The position numbers were made by a program, and so were the translations under genes. The notes below the pieces were generated by a model. The model ran no database searches. It was not told where the DNA came from and saw nothing but the letters and a program-made list of their open reading frames with translations. Below, piece by piece: positions 23,968-38,330 of a stretch of 64,000 bases of DNA (positions within the stretch are counted from its first letter, which is position 1; every line of letters starts with the position of its first letter). The DNA is from Eledone cirrhosa (Eukaryota). The stretch is from contig OZ024743.1 in the NCBI GenBank assembly GCA_964016885.1, positions 291,772,001 through 291,836,000 on the forward strand. Direction: 5' to 3'.

Positions 23968-25720
23968 TATATAGTGAAATAATGAAGAGTAACATGGTTG
24001 GCTGTACAACAAAGGGCTTTATTTCAGGTATTGACAATTGTTTCATTGATCAGCTGAGTCTAGAGGTCGATAATCGCTTGAAGTTGCGTCACTCGATCTC
24101 CATTACATTATTTATGTGTGATCAACACATCAGAATACGTAGATATAGAAATAATTCACTCGAGGCACGATTTATATAGAAGAGTAGCCTATAATCAAAA
24201 CTGTACCGAACAATAATATAAAGAAATTAACCTACCAACATACACCATAGCACCAAATACAAAACACAAACACATAACAACCTCACAACCACAAACACAT
24301 CAGAGCGCATCACAACAAAACACTAATAGGCCTAAATCGCAACCCGCCCATAACAATTTACAAAACCGCAACGGACAACCTGCACACACAAAAAACCGCA
24401 AATTGTAATTGCCACCTACCAGGTAAGTGCCCACTACAAAATAGATGCCTGGATTCGAGTATGGTGTATATGTGTGCTGTAAATTCAGGCAACTCCACTT
24501 GACACTACATATGTTCCACGGCTATGGAGTTCAAAAAAAGGTGGCACGTCCACAGACACTCCATGAAGAACCGTAGACTGAAGGACTCTACGACGCTCGC
24601 TAATAAAATCTGGCAGCTTAAAAGCTCAAACCAAAAATACAAGATTAGCTGGTCAAAGATTTTGCTGCTTAACAGCAAAATAGAGAGATCAATTTTCTCT
24701 AGGCATAAAATAGCTACAAGATTCACAAACTTCAAACCACCGTGATTCGAACCAGCAATCCCAAAATTAGAACTGAACCACCTGGATCTTAGCATATGGA
24801 ATACACACCATCACACTGCTATTAGCTGTCAAACGGCCAACTGGTCACTAGATCATAAATCTCTGAACATCTCTTTCACCTTCTTTCCCTGAAACAGCAT
24901 CAACCCCATTAAGACAAGACAATCAGCATAACATTTACCACACACGTTTGTCAAACATCCCTTCACCATCCACCCTAGCCCTTAAATCTCATAATTGTAC
25001 CCCCCAACTAATCTCTAATTTATTGCTTTTTCTTTTTTCTTTTATCTGTCACTACATCAGACTCTCTACACATTATCTATGTATGTTTCGAATTTGACTT
25101 TCCATGTTAGCACTAAACCCACCAAAGAATCCTTATAAGAACACTTACTCACCACCACCACAAGCATACGCTGTACTTACATGCTCTCACTTATCCTTAT
25201 TTCTTTCTTTATATTTTCCATTTTCTTATTTTCTTACTTTTTTAATCTATATTTTATTATCTTTTACTTTTAACTTTTTACATCTGTGACTTCTCTACCT
25301 ATTTACCATATATATTTTATTATTAATGTTATTGTTTTGATTATACAATACTCTTCTATATATATCTTGCCTCGGGTGAATTATTTTTATATCTACGCAT
25401 TCTGATGTGTTGATCAGAGGTAAATAATGTAATGGAGATCGAGTGACCCAACTTCAAGCGATTAGCGACCTCTAGACTCACCTGATCAATGAAACAATTG
25501 TCAATACCTGAAATAAACCCTTGTTGTAAAGCCAACCATGTTACTCTTCATTCTTTCACTATTATTACTCCAAGTATAACCTGCATAGGAATTACCACGA
25601 ACTCGCTGCCTAACTATGAAACATATTGTTGAGTCAAACAAAGCCGTACGTTAAAACTATCCCCGACGCAGAGTACTCACAACCTGTAACTGGATTACCT
25701 ATAACGATAACTTGTTATCC
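23968..25720 (+). mobile_element. 5'-truncated PLE (GIY-YIG remnant ~24395-24700 plus 3' pLTR) with an inverted pLTR copy at 23968-24180
   Basis: CNCHLPGKCPLQNRCLDSSMVYMC..STAMEFKKRWHVHRHS..TTLANKIWQLK; 23968-24180 is the reverse complement of ~25385-25562. Confidence 0.82.
25397..25507 (+). ncRNA. Type I HHR-like motif with large stem II insertion (inverted copy 24028-24138)
   Basis: ATT-CTGATGT-GTTGATCAG..~65 nt..CTGATCAAT-GAAACAATTG-TC-AAT; palindromic stem III, GUC triplet, A9 is U in both copies. Confidence 0.65.
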
Positions 25721-25741
25721 CATATATATATATATATATAT

Positions 25742-27739
25742 GGAAAGTTATATTTAAATTGTTGGGTTACAACTAGTAAATATTTATAACTGATATAAAA
25801 GCACTCAACAAGTATTTGGAGTATATTTACGATATTAAATAAATGGAAACTATATTTATAAAACCATATTTATTTCATTATATATATTTCAGGGATATCA
25901 TATTAACAATATGTTATGCCTTCTTCAGACAAAATACAATATAGACAGTTTTATAGATAAATAGATTTGACATACCGTTCAACATCGACTTGTATTTGAA
26001 AAAGTTGATTTGGCAGTGAAAAATTGTAAACAGAAAGAAAGAAAGAAAGAAAGAAGGAAAGAAAGAAATAAAACGAAGAAAAAGAAGAAAAAGAAGAAAT
26101 GCATGCAACAAAATAGAGAGATGGAAAGATAGATAAAGAGAAGAACTTCATGTAAAGAAACAGAGAGGGATATATAGAGAGAGGAAATATATAGAGAAAA
26201 GTAGGTAGTTGAACGACGTATTAATCTACGGACAAATTTATTCAGTTGCTGCAAACATAGATTGAACTCAACTTTTAAATATAAATTTAAATTTAAAATG
26301 TAGTATATTTAGTTTGATTTGTAATTATTTGGGAAACTAGCCGATAAATCCTTCGATTTCTTCTTTTTCTTCTTCTTTTTATTTTAATTTTTATTTTAAA
26401 CATTGTTCATGAAAAATTAAACTACCCTAAAAGTTGATGCTCCAAATATATCGAATAAACGTTACACTAGATAAACTTCTATATTAAATATAAGAACATA
26501 TGTAGACCAAATGGGCATCCTAAACTTTTGAAATGATTTCTGCTAGACGCGATTTGGTAAATAATTTTTAGCTTTATCTGTTTTCGACTCTGATGCTTAT
26601 AATGAACTTGGCAATATATTGTCAATTAATTTTGAAGGGTTGATCTTTGTGGTCGATTTGCGTGGCATATTATGTTTTTATTTTTATTATTTTAATATTT
26701 TTTAATATTTTTAATATTTTCATTTTTAATATGTAATATTTTTTAGTTTTCTATTTTATTTATTTGTTTATTATTATTATTATTATTTTTTTTTTTTTTT
26801 GGTTTGTTTCTGATATTTTTATTAATATATTGAAATCTGTTCTCTATTTCTGCTTGATAGATAATCATGTAGAGTAAAGACAAGAATAGTATTGTTAAAA
26901 TTAATATAGACTCTATATATATGTGTGTATATATACACATATATGTATACTTAAATTTTTATAGCACAATGAGAATGTTCTCCGTGTGAATTAGGGGTTT
27001 GCAGAGTTGATCACGTAAATTCACATCGATGTTTGTAGTTATCATATAAACATATGAATTTTTAAAACTATACATAAGATCATTACTTTTCACACATTAT
27101 AGATACGTGTCTCATTCAGGAATACTGATATTTACATTATAGTGCCTGGTTTTTATACGAACTAATATTTCTACATTAAAACATAGGGTTTTTAAATTCT
27201 GCCTCGCCTATGTCTGGTTACTTTTCATTTTTCTCTCTATATAACGGCTGGTTTCTTTCCTAACCACATATATCTCCCTTACATTAATACTAGAGCTAAA
27301 TAAATAAATAAATAAATAAATGTATCATTGATACGTCGTTCAACTACCTACTTTTCTCTATATATATCTATCTCTATCTATTTCCTCTCTCTATATATCT
27401 CTCTCTGTTTCTTTACATGAAGTTCTTCTCTTTATCTATCTTTCCATCTCTCTATTTTGTTGCATGCATTTCTTCTTTTTCTTCTTTTTCTTCGTTTTCT
27501 TTCTTTCTTTCCTTCTTTCTTTCTTTCTTTCTTTCTGTTTACAATTTTTCACTGCCAAATCAACTTTTTCAAATACAAGTCGATGTTGAACGGTATGTCA
27601 AATCTATTTATCTATAAAACTGTCTATATTGTATTTTGTCTGAAGAAGGCATAACATATTGTTAATATGATATCCCTGAAATATATATAATGAAATAAAT
27701 ATGGTTTTATAAATATAGTTTCCATTTATTTAATATCGT
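25742..27739. mobile_element. Family D element: ~400-bp inverted arms (25828-26221 and 27332-27739) with HHRs around a 1.1-kb AT-rich spacer
   Basis: Arms are near-identical reverse complements; (TA)n on both sides. Confidence 0.8.
27634..27695 (+). ncRNA. Type I HHR motif (inverted copy 25873-25934)
   Basis: TTTTGT-CTGAAGA-AGG..CCT-GAAATATATA-TA-ATGAAA; palindromic stem III, AUA triplet. Confidence 0.7.
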
Positions 27740-28234
27740 ATATATATATATATATATATATATTTCGTTTCTGAATTTGTTTAGCAAGATTCTTTATCTG
27801 AAATCGTGTGTTGAAACCGATATTGTTATACTTTGGGAGGGTCAGGTTGCCAATAAGAAACACAAGCACCAGTTGCTTTCACTTCAATTTATTATATATT
27901 TATAAATTTATAAATTTACAAATCTACAAACTTATAAATTTCTGGTTGGTTGGTTGGTTCCACAACCAGACAGTTGTTTATATATAGTCATAGTCCTTTC
28001 GTCACACACTCTGTGACCTCTTCAGGGACTGGGGATTCCTTTCTTTGTTTCTGTGCCTTTCCTTTCTTCTGTCCTACGCCATTTTGTTTATGTGTGTGTG
28101 TTGTGTGCTCAGTTTGCGCATGCGCCACATCCGGGTGTCTGTGTGTGTTTGTGTTCATTTATCTATTTGTTTATTTATTTACATGTTGTTGGTTGGTTGT
28201 TTGTTCTATGTGCGTGTGTGTTTTCATTTTGTCC

Positions 28235-28851
28235 TTAATTGTAAGTTGTGATGTTGCTGTTCCACTCATATTTTCTGTTTAATTTTGGTTGTAATTCTTT
28301 TATGCTTACTGCCTCTGTAATTTGCCTAAACATTGCATCTTTTCTGTGTGTGTATTCTATTTTTATTTCTATGTTCTCTAATTTACCCTTGTGTTCTATC
28401 TTAGCATGTTGGTAGAGTACAGATGATTCTTTATTATCTTGAAGGTCTCGCCAGTGTTCATGTATCCGTTCCCCTATACTACGAGCTGTCTCACCTATGT
28501 ACACTATATTTTTGTTTCTACATTGTCCTTCAGTACATCTTATGCTATACACTACATTTCTAGTTTTACAGTTAATATGGGGGCTTATTTTGCAGGTTAT
28601 ACATTTCTTATCTATACATGAGGGTCTTTGGAACGGGTATGTCTTGCTAATAAGTGTTTTTACGGAGGTACCTGGTCTTTCTACTATCTTAATATTGAGT
28701 TTATGTTTATTTAGGGCCCTTCTAAATGTGTAGGCTAGTTCGCCTCTAGGGGTTGTATTGATGAACATTACACTCTGGTATTTATTGCTATCATACCATG
28801 AGTTTATTCTATTGGCCTTGTTCCTAGCTCTTTCTATTCTATTCCAAAATT
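28235..28851 (-). pseudogene. PLE C-terminal Zn-knuckle linker + GIY-YIG endonuclease, 5' truncated, frame open
   Basis: CIDKKCITC, NVVYSIRC..C..VYIGETARSIGERIHEH..H (CCHH-type endonuclease). Confidence 0.88.
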
Positions 28852-28862
28852 GTATAGGAGCA

Positions 28863-29479
28863 AATTTTGGAATAGAATAGAAAGAACTAGGAACAAGGCC
28901 AATAGAATAAACTCATGGTATGATAGCAATAAATACCAGAGTGTAATGTTCATCAATACAACCCCTAGAGGCGAACTAGCCTACACATTTAGAAGGGCCC
29001 TAAATAAACATAAACTCAATATTAAGATAGTAGAAAGACCAGGTACCTCCGTAAAAACACTTATTAGCAAGACATACCCGTTCCAAAGACCCTCATGTAT
29101 AGATAAGAAATGTATAACCTGCAAAATAAGCCCCCATATTAACTGTAAAACTAGAAATGTAGTGTATAGCATAAGATGTACTGAAGGACAATGTAGAAAC
29201 AAAAATATAGTGTACATAGGTGAGACAGCTCGTAGTATAGGGGAACGGATAAATGAACACTGGCGAGACCTTCAAGATAATAAAGAATCATCTGTACTCT
29301 ACCAACATGCTAAGATAGAACACAAGGGTAGATTAGAGAGCATAGAAATAAAAATAGAATACACACACAGAAAAGATGCAATGTTTAGGCAAATTACAGA
29401 GGCAGTAAGCATAAAAGAATTACAACCAAAATTAAATAGAAAATATGAGTGGAACAGCAACATCACAACTTACAATTAA
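28863..29479 (+). pseudogene. PLE C-terminal Zn-knuckle linker + GIY-YIG endonuclease, 5' truncated, frame open (Nematis/Neptune-like, inferred)
   Basis: VMFINTTPRGELA..IKIVERPGTSVKTL, CIDKKCITC, VVYSIRC..YIGETARS..RQITEAV..PKLNRKYEW. Confidence 0.88.
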
Positions 29480-29683
29480 GGACAAAATGAAAACAAACAC
29501 ACACATAGAACAAACAACCAACCAACAACATGTAAATAAATAAACAAATAGATAAATGAACACAAACACACACAGACACCCGGATGTGGCGCATGCGCAA
29601 ACTGAGCACACAACACACACACAGAAACAAAATGGCGTAGGACAGAAGAAAGGAAAGGCACAGAAACAAAGAAAGGAATCCCC

Positions 29684-29728
29684 AGTCACTGAAGAGGTCA
29701 CAGAGTGTGTGACGAAAGGACTATGACT
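29684..29728 (+). ncRNA. Minimal type I HHR-like motif (inverted copy 27986-28030)
   Basis: AGTCA-CTGAAGA-g-GTCAC agagtgt GTGAC-GAAAGGAC-TA-TGACT; stem III is only 2 bp. Confidence 0.68.
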
Positions 29729-32363
29729 ATATATAAACAACTATCTGGTTGTGGAACCAACCAACCAACCAGAAATTTATAAGTTTGTAGATTTGTAAAT
29801 TTATAAATTTATAAATATATAATAAATTGAAGTGAAAGCAACTGGTGCTTGTGTTTCTTATTGGCAACATGACCCTCCCAAAGTATAACAATATATATAT
29901 ATATATATATATAGCGGCATCGTGTATTATGGTTTAATCGGGAAGAATTAGCTGCACCTTTTAGCTACTTTGAGAGTGAGGATGTTATTTATGTGGTTAA
30001 TCTCTTAATATGCGAAGAAACGTAACCTTAGGTCTTTTCACATTGACACATGGCAACCAATTTAATGTTCAAGTGTAATTTTGATTGACTGGATTCAATT
30101 GTTACTATCAACATAATCATAACACACCATAATCGTGTCATCTGTAGAGTTGGAGATGAATGTTACCACATATATCGTGATGCAATTGAGTTCTTGAAAT
30201 CATCGATGAAATTCATGAAGATATTCTATGTTGCACTGTATTGAATCTGACTTATGTATAGCAAATTTTATGGATTGTGTAGTTAGATCTTCGAAATATT
30301 CAGTTTAAAGGGGATACTTTTGATAACGCGCTTAGACATATAGAGTACAGGAGACACGTATCTTTCGTTATTATTTTGGGTTTAACCTGTAAGAAATGTT
30401 TAAATTAGAGGGTCTTGAACGGGTGAATATACAAATAACATGACATGTTATTGATACAAATGAGGAGGCAAAGTGAAAATAAAAATTATATTATTCACAG
30501 TATGATTTTAATAATGCCTATCAATTTGTTTCAAATTTGAATAATTTTGAAAATCAGCAGATTAGATTAGATTCATGTTATCTAATCTGAAAACAAAATG
30601 AAAAGAGAGAAAACATCTGCATCAGGCAATTACAATAGAGTTGTTATATTTCTTTTTTCCCGGCTCTTGAGTAATATTGTTTAAACAGATGAAGAAAGAC
30701 TTATTGGAATTGCTCAGACTAATGTTTTTACACCTGACATCATTAAAAAAATGTAACGAAACAAACAATCTCAAGCGGAAGAACAAAGTGAAATATGTTC
30801 TGGTATCAAATTTGTCACTTCTATAGAAAGATTGAAGAAACAGAAGATTAGATTATTTACGAGCTGTCCAGTAAAGTTCTCTGAAAGCTAAAAAGGAAAA
30901 AAAGCAGAATAATCATAGATTGATGAAACAAGAGTGAGATTTATTTCTTACAGAGGGATATTGATGAAAGTGATCAGAGTTAGATAGAGTTAGAGAGATA
31001 TAAAGAAAGAGAGGGGTGAGCACGATAGAGGGAGAGATAAATAGAGAGTGTGTGAGGGATGGGGAGAGGGAGAGATAGAGATAGAGAGAAAGCAGGGAGT
31101 AGATATATGCAATCTAATTGGCACAAACGCCAGATCTTATATATCAAAATGAAAGGAAACATATTCTGAGCCAATGTGATAGGCCAAAATTATATTATAT
31201 AACCACTTCAGACATACTTAGTATTTCTTTGTTTCTTTTACCATTTTCCCTTTTACGTGAATGTCTAACTACAAAGTGTGAATTTAATTATATACTATCT
31301 AAATGGTGCTTAATAGTTTTCTGTTTCCAATTGAAACTATTCAAACTATGCTATATTCGGATTATTGATTAGCTTATCTTGGTCTAAGTTAATGTATCGA
31401 TTTTCACATTTTAGTACAAAGTCAGAACACATACAGTAGAGAAAAATATGATTATGTAAGCTTCATGCCTTTACCATAAGATTAGGCTGCATCAAGGAAA
31501 TGAATTGTCTTCAAACTGAAATCGGAAGGCATTTGTGCACAAAGCACCCTATGTCTGTAGCTGCCGTATTTATTAGTATTAAAATGTGATAGAACTAAAT
31601 TATATATATATATATATATATACCAATGGAAGGTCAGGCAAATTGAAGCTCTGGTTGTGGTCAAGCTAACGATATGCAATCCGGAATGTGCAGCAAAGCA
31701 CTCGATAAGGTAGTGTCACCTTAGTGTAATATCATACGTTAGAAATCTTGACAAATTGAAGACTACGACCGGTGAGCCAGCCACGTGGATAAAAGCAACG
31801 AGAAATCCAACTCAGGTGTGTGTGTGAGTGTGTGTGTGTTTGTTGCGTCTAAAATGTTGGACGAATATATAGTGTCGTGTCCATTATCAATAAAAAAAAA
31901 ATTATGCGCTCGTATCCCAGTCACCAATTCGGCACTCCGTGAATTTAATCAAGTTATATGTTGTTTGCCAGCACGATGGTTTAAATTTGTGATCCTGTTA
32001 AAAAAATCGCGTTTATGGTTAGTGATTTCATTAGTGTAGGTACAAAACAGAGACAGGCAGTTCTATTTTTTCAAAGGAGGAGCACATTTCATTTATCCCG
32101 TTATTAGGTCAGGCATGTCTGTGTGATTAAGAATATCTTCTTGTATGTGATGATTTCTTACAAAAGAAATGGTTTAGTCTTGTAGTAGAAATCTCTATAA
32201 TAAAATAAAAATAGATATATTAGATGGAACAGAGACATTTTTTACGTATGTAGTTTTTACGAGTTTGGAGTCCGAAGGTCTTGTCCACTGGACGCGTTAA
32301 TGTTGGCTTTTTTCCACGTGTATTAGGTACACAAGGAGTATTCGATGATTGCTTGCGATCACC

Positions 32364-32448
<85 letters not shown>

Positions 32449-32694
32449 GAACATTATATATACTATGAACATTATTATATATACAATTAACAATGAAAAT
32501 AATAACAACAAAGTCCGGTTATTTTACCTATTCATATCATTTTTTTGCGATCGGTTAGGGGGGCTGATCATATTGACATATTTTCTGATCTATAGCAATT
32601 ATATAACTGTATACTATCAGACCTCATATATAGGTTCACTCAGATGGTCTTCATCGGAAACAATGGATCCTACCACCAAGGGTAGACCACACTG

Positions 32695-32745
<51 letters not shown>

Positions 32746-34009
32746 TAAAGTTAGTCCTTCATCAGTGATCTTCCAACCATCATTGGTATTTCATCGCTTT
32801 AAAGACCATATACCTCCGGTTGGTGCGAGCAACGGCTAAAAAAAGTCGTTGGGACACGTAAATAAAGGGGACACGAGAGTGTAAACAAACAAAGATGGTG
32901 AAGCAACGAAAAGTGAGGAAGAAGGAGTCAAGTCCCAAATTTCCATGAATATAAGTTCGGTGAAATCGTGAACGAGAGAGAATAAAGACCGTCAAACCTG
33001 GTTGGAATGTGAGCAAGGAAGGAATTCCGTACAGGTCTAACGGGAGGAAGAAGGGATCTAGTCTGTGAATTCGGTGAACGTAAGTTCTGTGAAATCGTAG
33101 ACGAGAGAGAGAAAAAAAGCGACCTGCCTGACCAAGGGTGCGAAATATATATATATGTGTGGGGCGTGGGGGTGTATGTGTGTGTACACAAATTCTGTAG
33201 CTACAGTTACGGAATGATTTTGTTTTATGTTGTATCATTTATAATCATGTAATTATGTCTTTAGGCTTCCATAGATTCTAATATGTTGTTATAATATATG
33301 AATGATATTGTTTACGTTCCTCCCACTGTATTACTTCTTATTTGTACTTTAAAATATGCAGTTAATTATTTGTATGTGATTGATTCCTGTGAGTTATTCT
33401 TGCAGGAATGAATATTCATTCCTGTTAGAGTAACGAGACATACGTAAACCCATTAAATGCTACAGTAAAACTTGTCTACGCATGCAACATTATAACAGTA
33501 CTGTGATTGGAATCCTACGAATTGGATTAAACGTCGTACTGCTTATTACCTTTTTTTGTTGTGGAGTATAAAATCATATTTCGATTTTATATTTTTATGG
33601 TTTTATTATCAACTCACATGAACGTGTTTATATATGTTTTTCTATCTGTATCTTTTGGCGAGGGCTGAAGCCCGTCACGTTGATCTCTTGTTGCTAGCTT
33701 TCACAATCCCAATAACAATTGTGGGTATCTCTGTGTTTGTTTTTTTACAACATTAAAACATTAAGAGAACATCACCAGTCAAGCCTCCTGTTATTTTAAT
33801 GAAACCAATATTCAACTCCGTTCTTGCACCAACCAAATGATTCATCATCAACGATGGATGATTTTCGTCGCATGGAGTGCTTTTTCTACTAATACATCAT
33901 GGTTAACTAAATCGAATGACCAGTTCTATCCACTGGTCAACTACTGAACACACGCACGACTCCCCCCCCCCACACACATCATATATATTTTTGTGTGGGG
34001 TGTATTATA

Positions 34010-34341
34010 CTGTCAATAGTAACGCACGGACCAGTTGGTTTTCACTTCACTTTATTATGCATTTCCGGTTAGTTGGTTTCTTGGTTCAATAATCGGAAAG
34101 ACACAAAATACAAGACCAGTAACAGAGGAGGCCAGAGAATGAGCGACGAAAGAGTGTTGACAATACATAAAGAACCATACTCTTATTGAAACAAACAACC
34201 GTAAATTTATAATAAATTGAAGTCAAAAACAACAGGTGCGTGTGTTTTTATTGTCAACATGACACTCCAAAAGTAAAACAATATCTGTTTCAACACCTGT
34301 TTTTAGATAAGTAATCTTGCAAAAAAAAATGAAAAATGAAG
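34010..34341 (+). mobile_element. Old family-F pLTR with a short 5' inverted fragment
   Basis: 34117-34341 is a diverged match to 29682-29894 plus the long terminus; 34010-34090 matches the opposite strand; ends in (TA)n. Confidence 0.6.
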
Positions 34342-34489
34342 TATATATATATATATATATATACATAAATGAAAGGTATAGAAATTATTGTAGCAAGAAG
34401 CCAACAGTATTCCATAATATATAATATATATATATATATATATAAATGAGTTGCTTGCATAATGTTAAGCCAAAGTTAACCCGGCGTGA

Positions 34490-34611
34490 CTTTACGTTCT
34501 TATTACAAATCCCGCCGAGGTTAGCTTTGCCATTCATCCTTACAGTGTCGATAAAACCAGTAATGCATTGGGGAAATTGCAGGCCTTGTACCAAAAGTAT
34601 AAACAGTTATT
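34490..34611 (+). mobile_element. tRNA-SINE copy, diverged
   Basis: Homology to the 17723-17894 family. Confidence 0.7.
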
Positions 34612-35079
34612 GAGGAAGTCGTCAAATATTTCAGGTGTACATGTCAAGATATAAATATGAGAATTTATATTTCATAATGAACTATTGAATATAACAACAT
34701 ATAATTAATTTCAACAAAATGCAATCAAATCAAATTGTATGATAATATTCTAGGAGAGAGAAAATATTTTGTATGCAATTAAGACCATATTTGACCATAT
34801 GACAATAGTTATTTACGTCTGTGTGGATACGTTTTTCATTACACTGTTAGCTTCTCTATGCCTATGGAAAAGATACTGATCTAAAGTTAGATATGCATGT
34901 TATTTTTGTGTGCTGAGTGCAACTCTACGGATAATATAGGGACCTAATGAACGTATTCTATGAAGTCAAAGAGCTGAGATCTACAATATTTGAATGAAAA
35001 AAAAAAGTATGATTGAACTACTCTTGGATTGGCAAGCATTGAATCTGCATTTTTCCATCTATCGAATTCCAAGAAAGTC

Positions 35080-35562
35080 CCTAGTGCGGGACCTAGGGGA
35101 TCCAGAAATGAATTTTTTTAATGTCCATAATATGCTTTGAAATTTCGGGAAAATTGGCTACATTTAACGCCTCAAAAATGCCGTAAAAAGCTGAAAAAAT
35201 GAGGGTTTTTACCTAATGCGGGCCCTAGGCCATAAAAAGTTGGATTTTCTTTGCTCTGCTCATGGATTGAAGAAGGGACTGACTAATACATAGTTACAAT
35301 TTCAAGGAAATCGGTCTAACGTAACGCCTCAAACCCCACCTAAAAAGCTGGAAAAAACGCAGTTTTTCACCTAATGCGGGCCTTAGTGCATCAAAAAGTT
35401 GAATTTTGTTATGTGCGTAAGCTTCCCTAAAACATAAGTAATACACATGTAAAGTTTGAAAAGAATCGGTTGGGTACTTCTCGAGTTTTAGGGATTCAAA
35501 CTCACAGACACACACACACACACACACATACACACACACATTCTCAGTTTTATATATATAGA
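35080..35562 (-). mobile_element. Non-autonomous Helitron-like 5' fragment
   Basis: Minus strand starts A|TCTATATATATAAAACTGAGAATG(TG)n, like the 5' ends of the Helitrons at 1990 and 5905; internal ~160-bp subrepeat; left boundary uncertain. Confidence 0.6.
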
Positions 35563-35961
35563 TAAGGTAAAATATCACTTACGTAAATAACTCTTTAAGA
35601 AACTGCTAATAAAATCGATGTTAAATACAACCAGTGCAAGTGTTTTTGTATACTGGATAACTTCAAAATTACCATAAAACAAGTTTAAACAAATTCAGTT
35701 CACATGAGGAATATTACATAAGAATCACAAAAATGAAATATCATATCCTTTACTCTACAATATTTCACAACTAGTTTATTTGATCTCTGAAAGAATTACA
35801 AATGAATTGATAACTCAGATAATGTAGCTTACGAAACGTTTTCAGTATCTGATCGCATATATATACATGTAAATACACACAGACACACTCTCACACACGC
35901 ACACACAGACCCCCCCCCCACCACGCACATATATATATATATATACATACATACATATACA

Positions 35962-36930
35962 TACGAGGGTAAGTAAAAAATTCTCCACACTTTCGCCAAA
36001 ACATATCTTTAGCTTTGTCACGCTACCTTCTGTTCATGTTTGCTTATAGATGGTACTCTTCCTGTTTCGAGGTCAAAGTTCGAGTTTGATTGTTTGATCG
36101 CGCCAGTTTTCTTGCTACTGTTATAATGTAAACATGGCTGCTCCGCTAGCAGTGAGCACGAAGGAGGAAGAAAAAGCAGTGATCCGATTGCTCTGGTCGT
36201 AAGTTGTGTCAAGGGCTGAAATTAGAAACTTTTAATGCAATACGGAAAGAGTACACTACCGCAAAGATATGTGTATGAGTGGATCTAGAAGTTTGAATGT
36301 GGCCGAAAAATCGTGACCCACGGTAAAGGAGCAGGAGGCCCGTCAACCTCTACAACTGACGGGAACATCCAGCAAGCTCAAGAAATATTGTTAGCGAAAC
36401 GGCAAGTTATAGATGAGGTAGCATGTAGTTTGGTCATGGTTCTACATATCAAATAATCAATTATGTCTGTGCCATAGGCGATCCAATATTTTTAAACGAA
36501 GACCACAAGCGCTGTTGATGTCTGCCAACTTTTACTTGCGCGATATAACATTGAAGGGGAATAATGTTTGAGTAAAATAGACACAAGAGAAGAACGTGAA
36601 CCCATCACTATCAGCCAAAATCCAAAAGACAGAGTATGTAGTGAAAATATCCTGGCTCACCAGCAACGAAGAAATTCAACATTCAATATTCGGCGGTGAT
36701 GCTAACTGTTTGGGGGAGGGGCTCAAAATGGCCTGAAATGGGGCGTACGATCAACAAGTAAAGATACAGTGTTTGCTGGCCAGCTATCCGAAGTCACAAA
36801 TTCGCACCAAACGCCAAGGCCAACTGTCAAAGGCTGCTGGAAACAATAACCAATTGGTTTAAGGTGCTGGAACAGTCTGCAAATGGCCCATATCTCGCGT
36901 CTTCCGAATATCATTTCTTTGGGGACACAC
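35962..36930 (+). mobile_element. Tc1/mariner DNA transposon relic
   Basis: Starts TA|CGAGGG; translates to EEEKAVIRLLWS..QRYVYEWI*KFECGR..GGPSTSTTDGNI and GPYLASSEYHFFG (degenerate YSPDLAPSDYHLFG); many stops. Confidence 0.8.
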
Positions 36931-37365
36931 ACTTATATATATATGTGTGTGTATGTGTACGTGTGAGTTTGCGCGCGCGTGTGTGTGTGTATGTGCGTGT
37001 GAGTGTGAGTGTGTATGTGTGCGTGTGTGTGTGTATGTAAAGAAGAAGAAGAAGAAGAAGAAGAAGAAGAAGAATACGCACCAGATAGAAATAAGGACGT
37101 ATTAGCACAGAACCACACAACACAGCAGCATCTACGTAATTTATTCCCAATAAAAAAATACTCGCATTACACGTACCACACCCAACAAAACAGGCAATAA
37201 CAACACAAGTATCAACAAACTAAACACCCTACCAAAGCAGGAAACAAAGAAAATTCTATACTCCTAACACACCCAGAAAAATAAGAAAACTCTATACTCC
37301 TCGCAATTCAAGAACACATGTGTGTACCTGGAAATGCTGTATAAACTGAAACTATCGAAGAAACA

Positions 37366-37486
37366 ATAATTGTTTCTACTTTAGGCACAAGGCCAGTAAT
37401 TAACCAGTACATTACTGGTACTTTATTTTTATCGACTCCGTAGGGATGAAAGGCAAAGTTAACCTCGGCGGGATTTGAACTCAGAC
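37366..37486 (-). mobile_element. tRNA-SINE copy, 5' truncated (another 3' fragment at 38165-38220, + strand)
   Basis: Homology to the 17723-17894 family. Confidence 0.78.
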
Positions 37487-38265
37487 TGTAATGGAAGAAA
37501 CAATAATGATAACTTCTTATGTTCCCGAAGGTATAATAATATATTGCATAACAGTAACATTTATAATAATGTCTACTTATTTTCATATATTTGTATCAAT
37601 ATGTATGTATCCGCGTATGTGTGTGCGTGTGTGTGCGTGTGAACCAATTCTACAATAAATGTTAATCAACGTAATGGTTTTCATATTACGTTAGAATTTT
37701 GAATGGGAATTAATAGTAAGCATTCGTTGCAATCCCCCAAAGAGATACACAAATGAGCCTTTAATTGGAATTTGTCCTTACTATGAAGCCAAATAAATCA
37801 TGCAAATGTCTGTGTGTCCCTAGCGTAAATGAAGAAGTAGAGAGGAAATTAGCTATAACATTGTCTGCTGGACTAGCGATTTAACACTGAGGTATCGTAC
37901 ATGTCCAGAAAAAGTTGAGGATGCTTATTTTCCTAGGTATCATTAAATAACAACATACACGTGCATAATAAGTTATTTAAAGAAGTAATAAACTTTATAA
38001 CGATGCGATTTAGGCAATTTGAGAATTCAACGAATGATATATATCTTTGTTTACCATTGGTGAAATCTAATGTTGAATAACAATATAAATATATGTTTGT
38101 TTGTTTTATTGTTCTTACGATGAAAACAGCTTTTGCTTCGATGTAGTTGCTTACACTGCTGATAATACCAGTAATGCACTGGGTATTTGCTGGCCTTGTG
38201 CCTAAAGTAGAAACAATTATTAGAAAATGAAACTAATTTTGGTAGTACACAAACCTAGTTACCGT

Positions 38266-38330
<65 letters not shown>

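Larger units (their letters stand above)
27763..29894. mobile_element. Tail-out palindromic PLE insertion (family F): two ~1.03-kb 3' halves with an 11-nt spacer (28852-28862)
   Basis: 27820-28851 is the reverse complement of 28863-29894 with few mismatches; (TA)n on both sides. Confidence 0.93.

Noticed and set aside
25742-27739. Inverted-arm elements as TIR DNA transposons or MITEs
   Set aside because: Arms are unequal in length, carry HHRs and also occur as solo fragments, which fits PLE pLTR inversions better.
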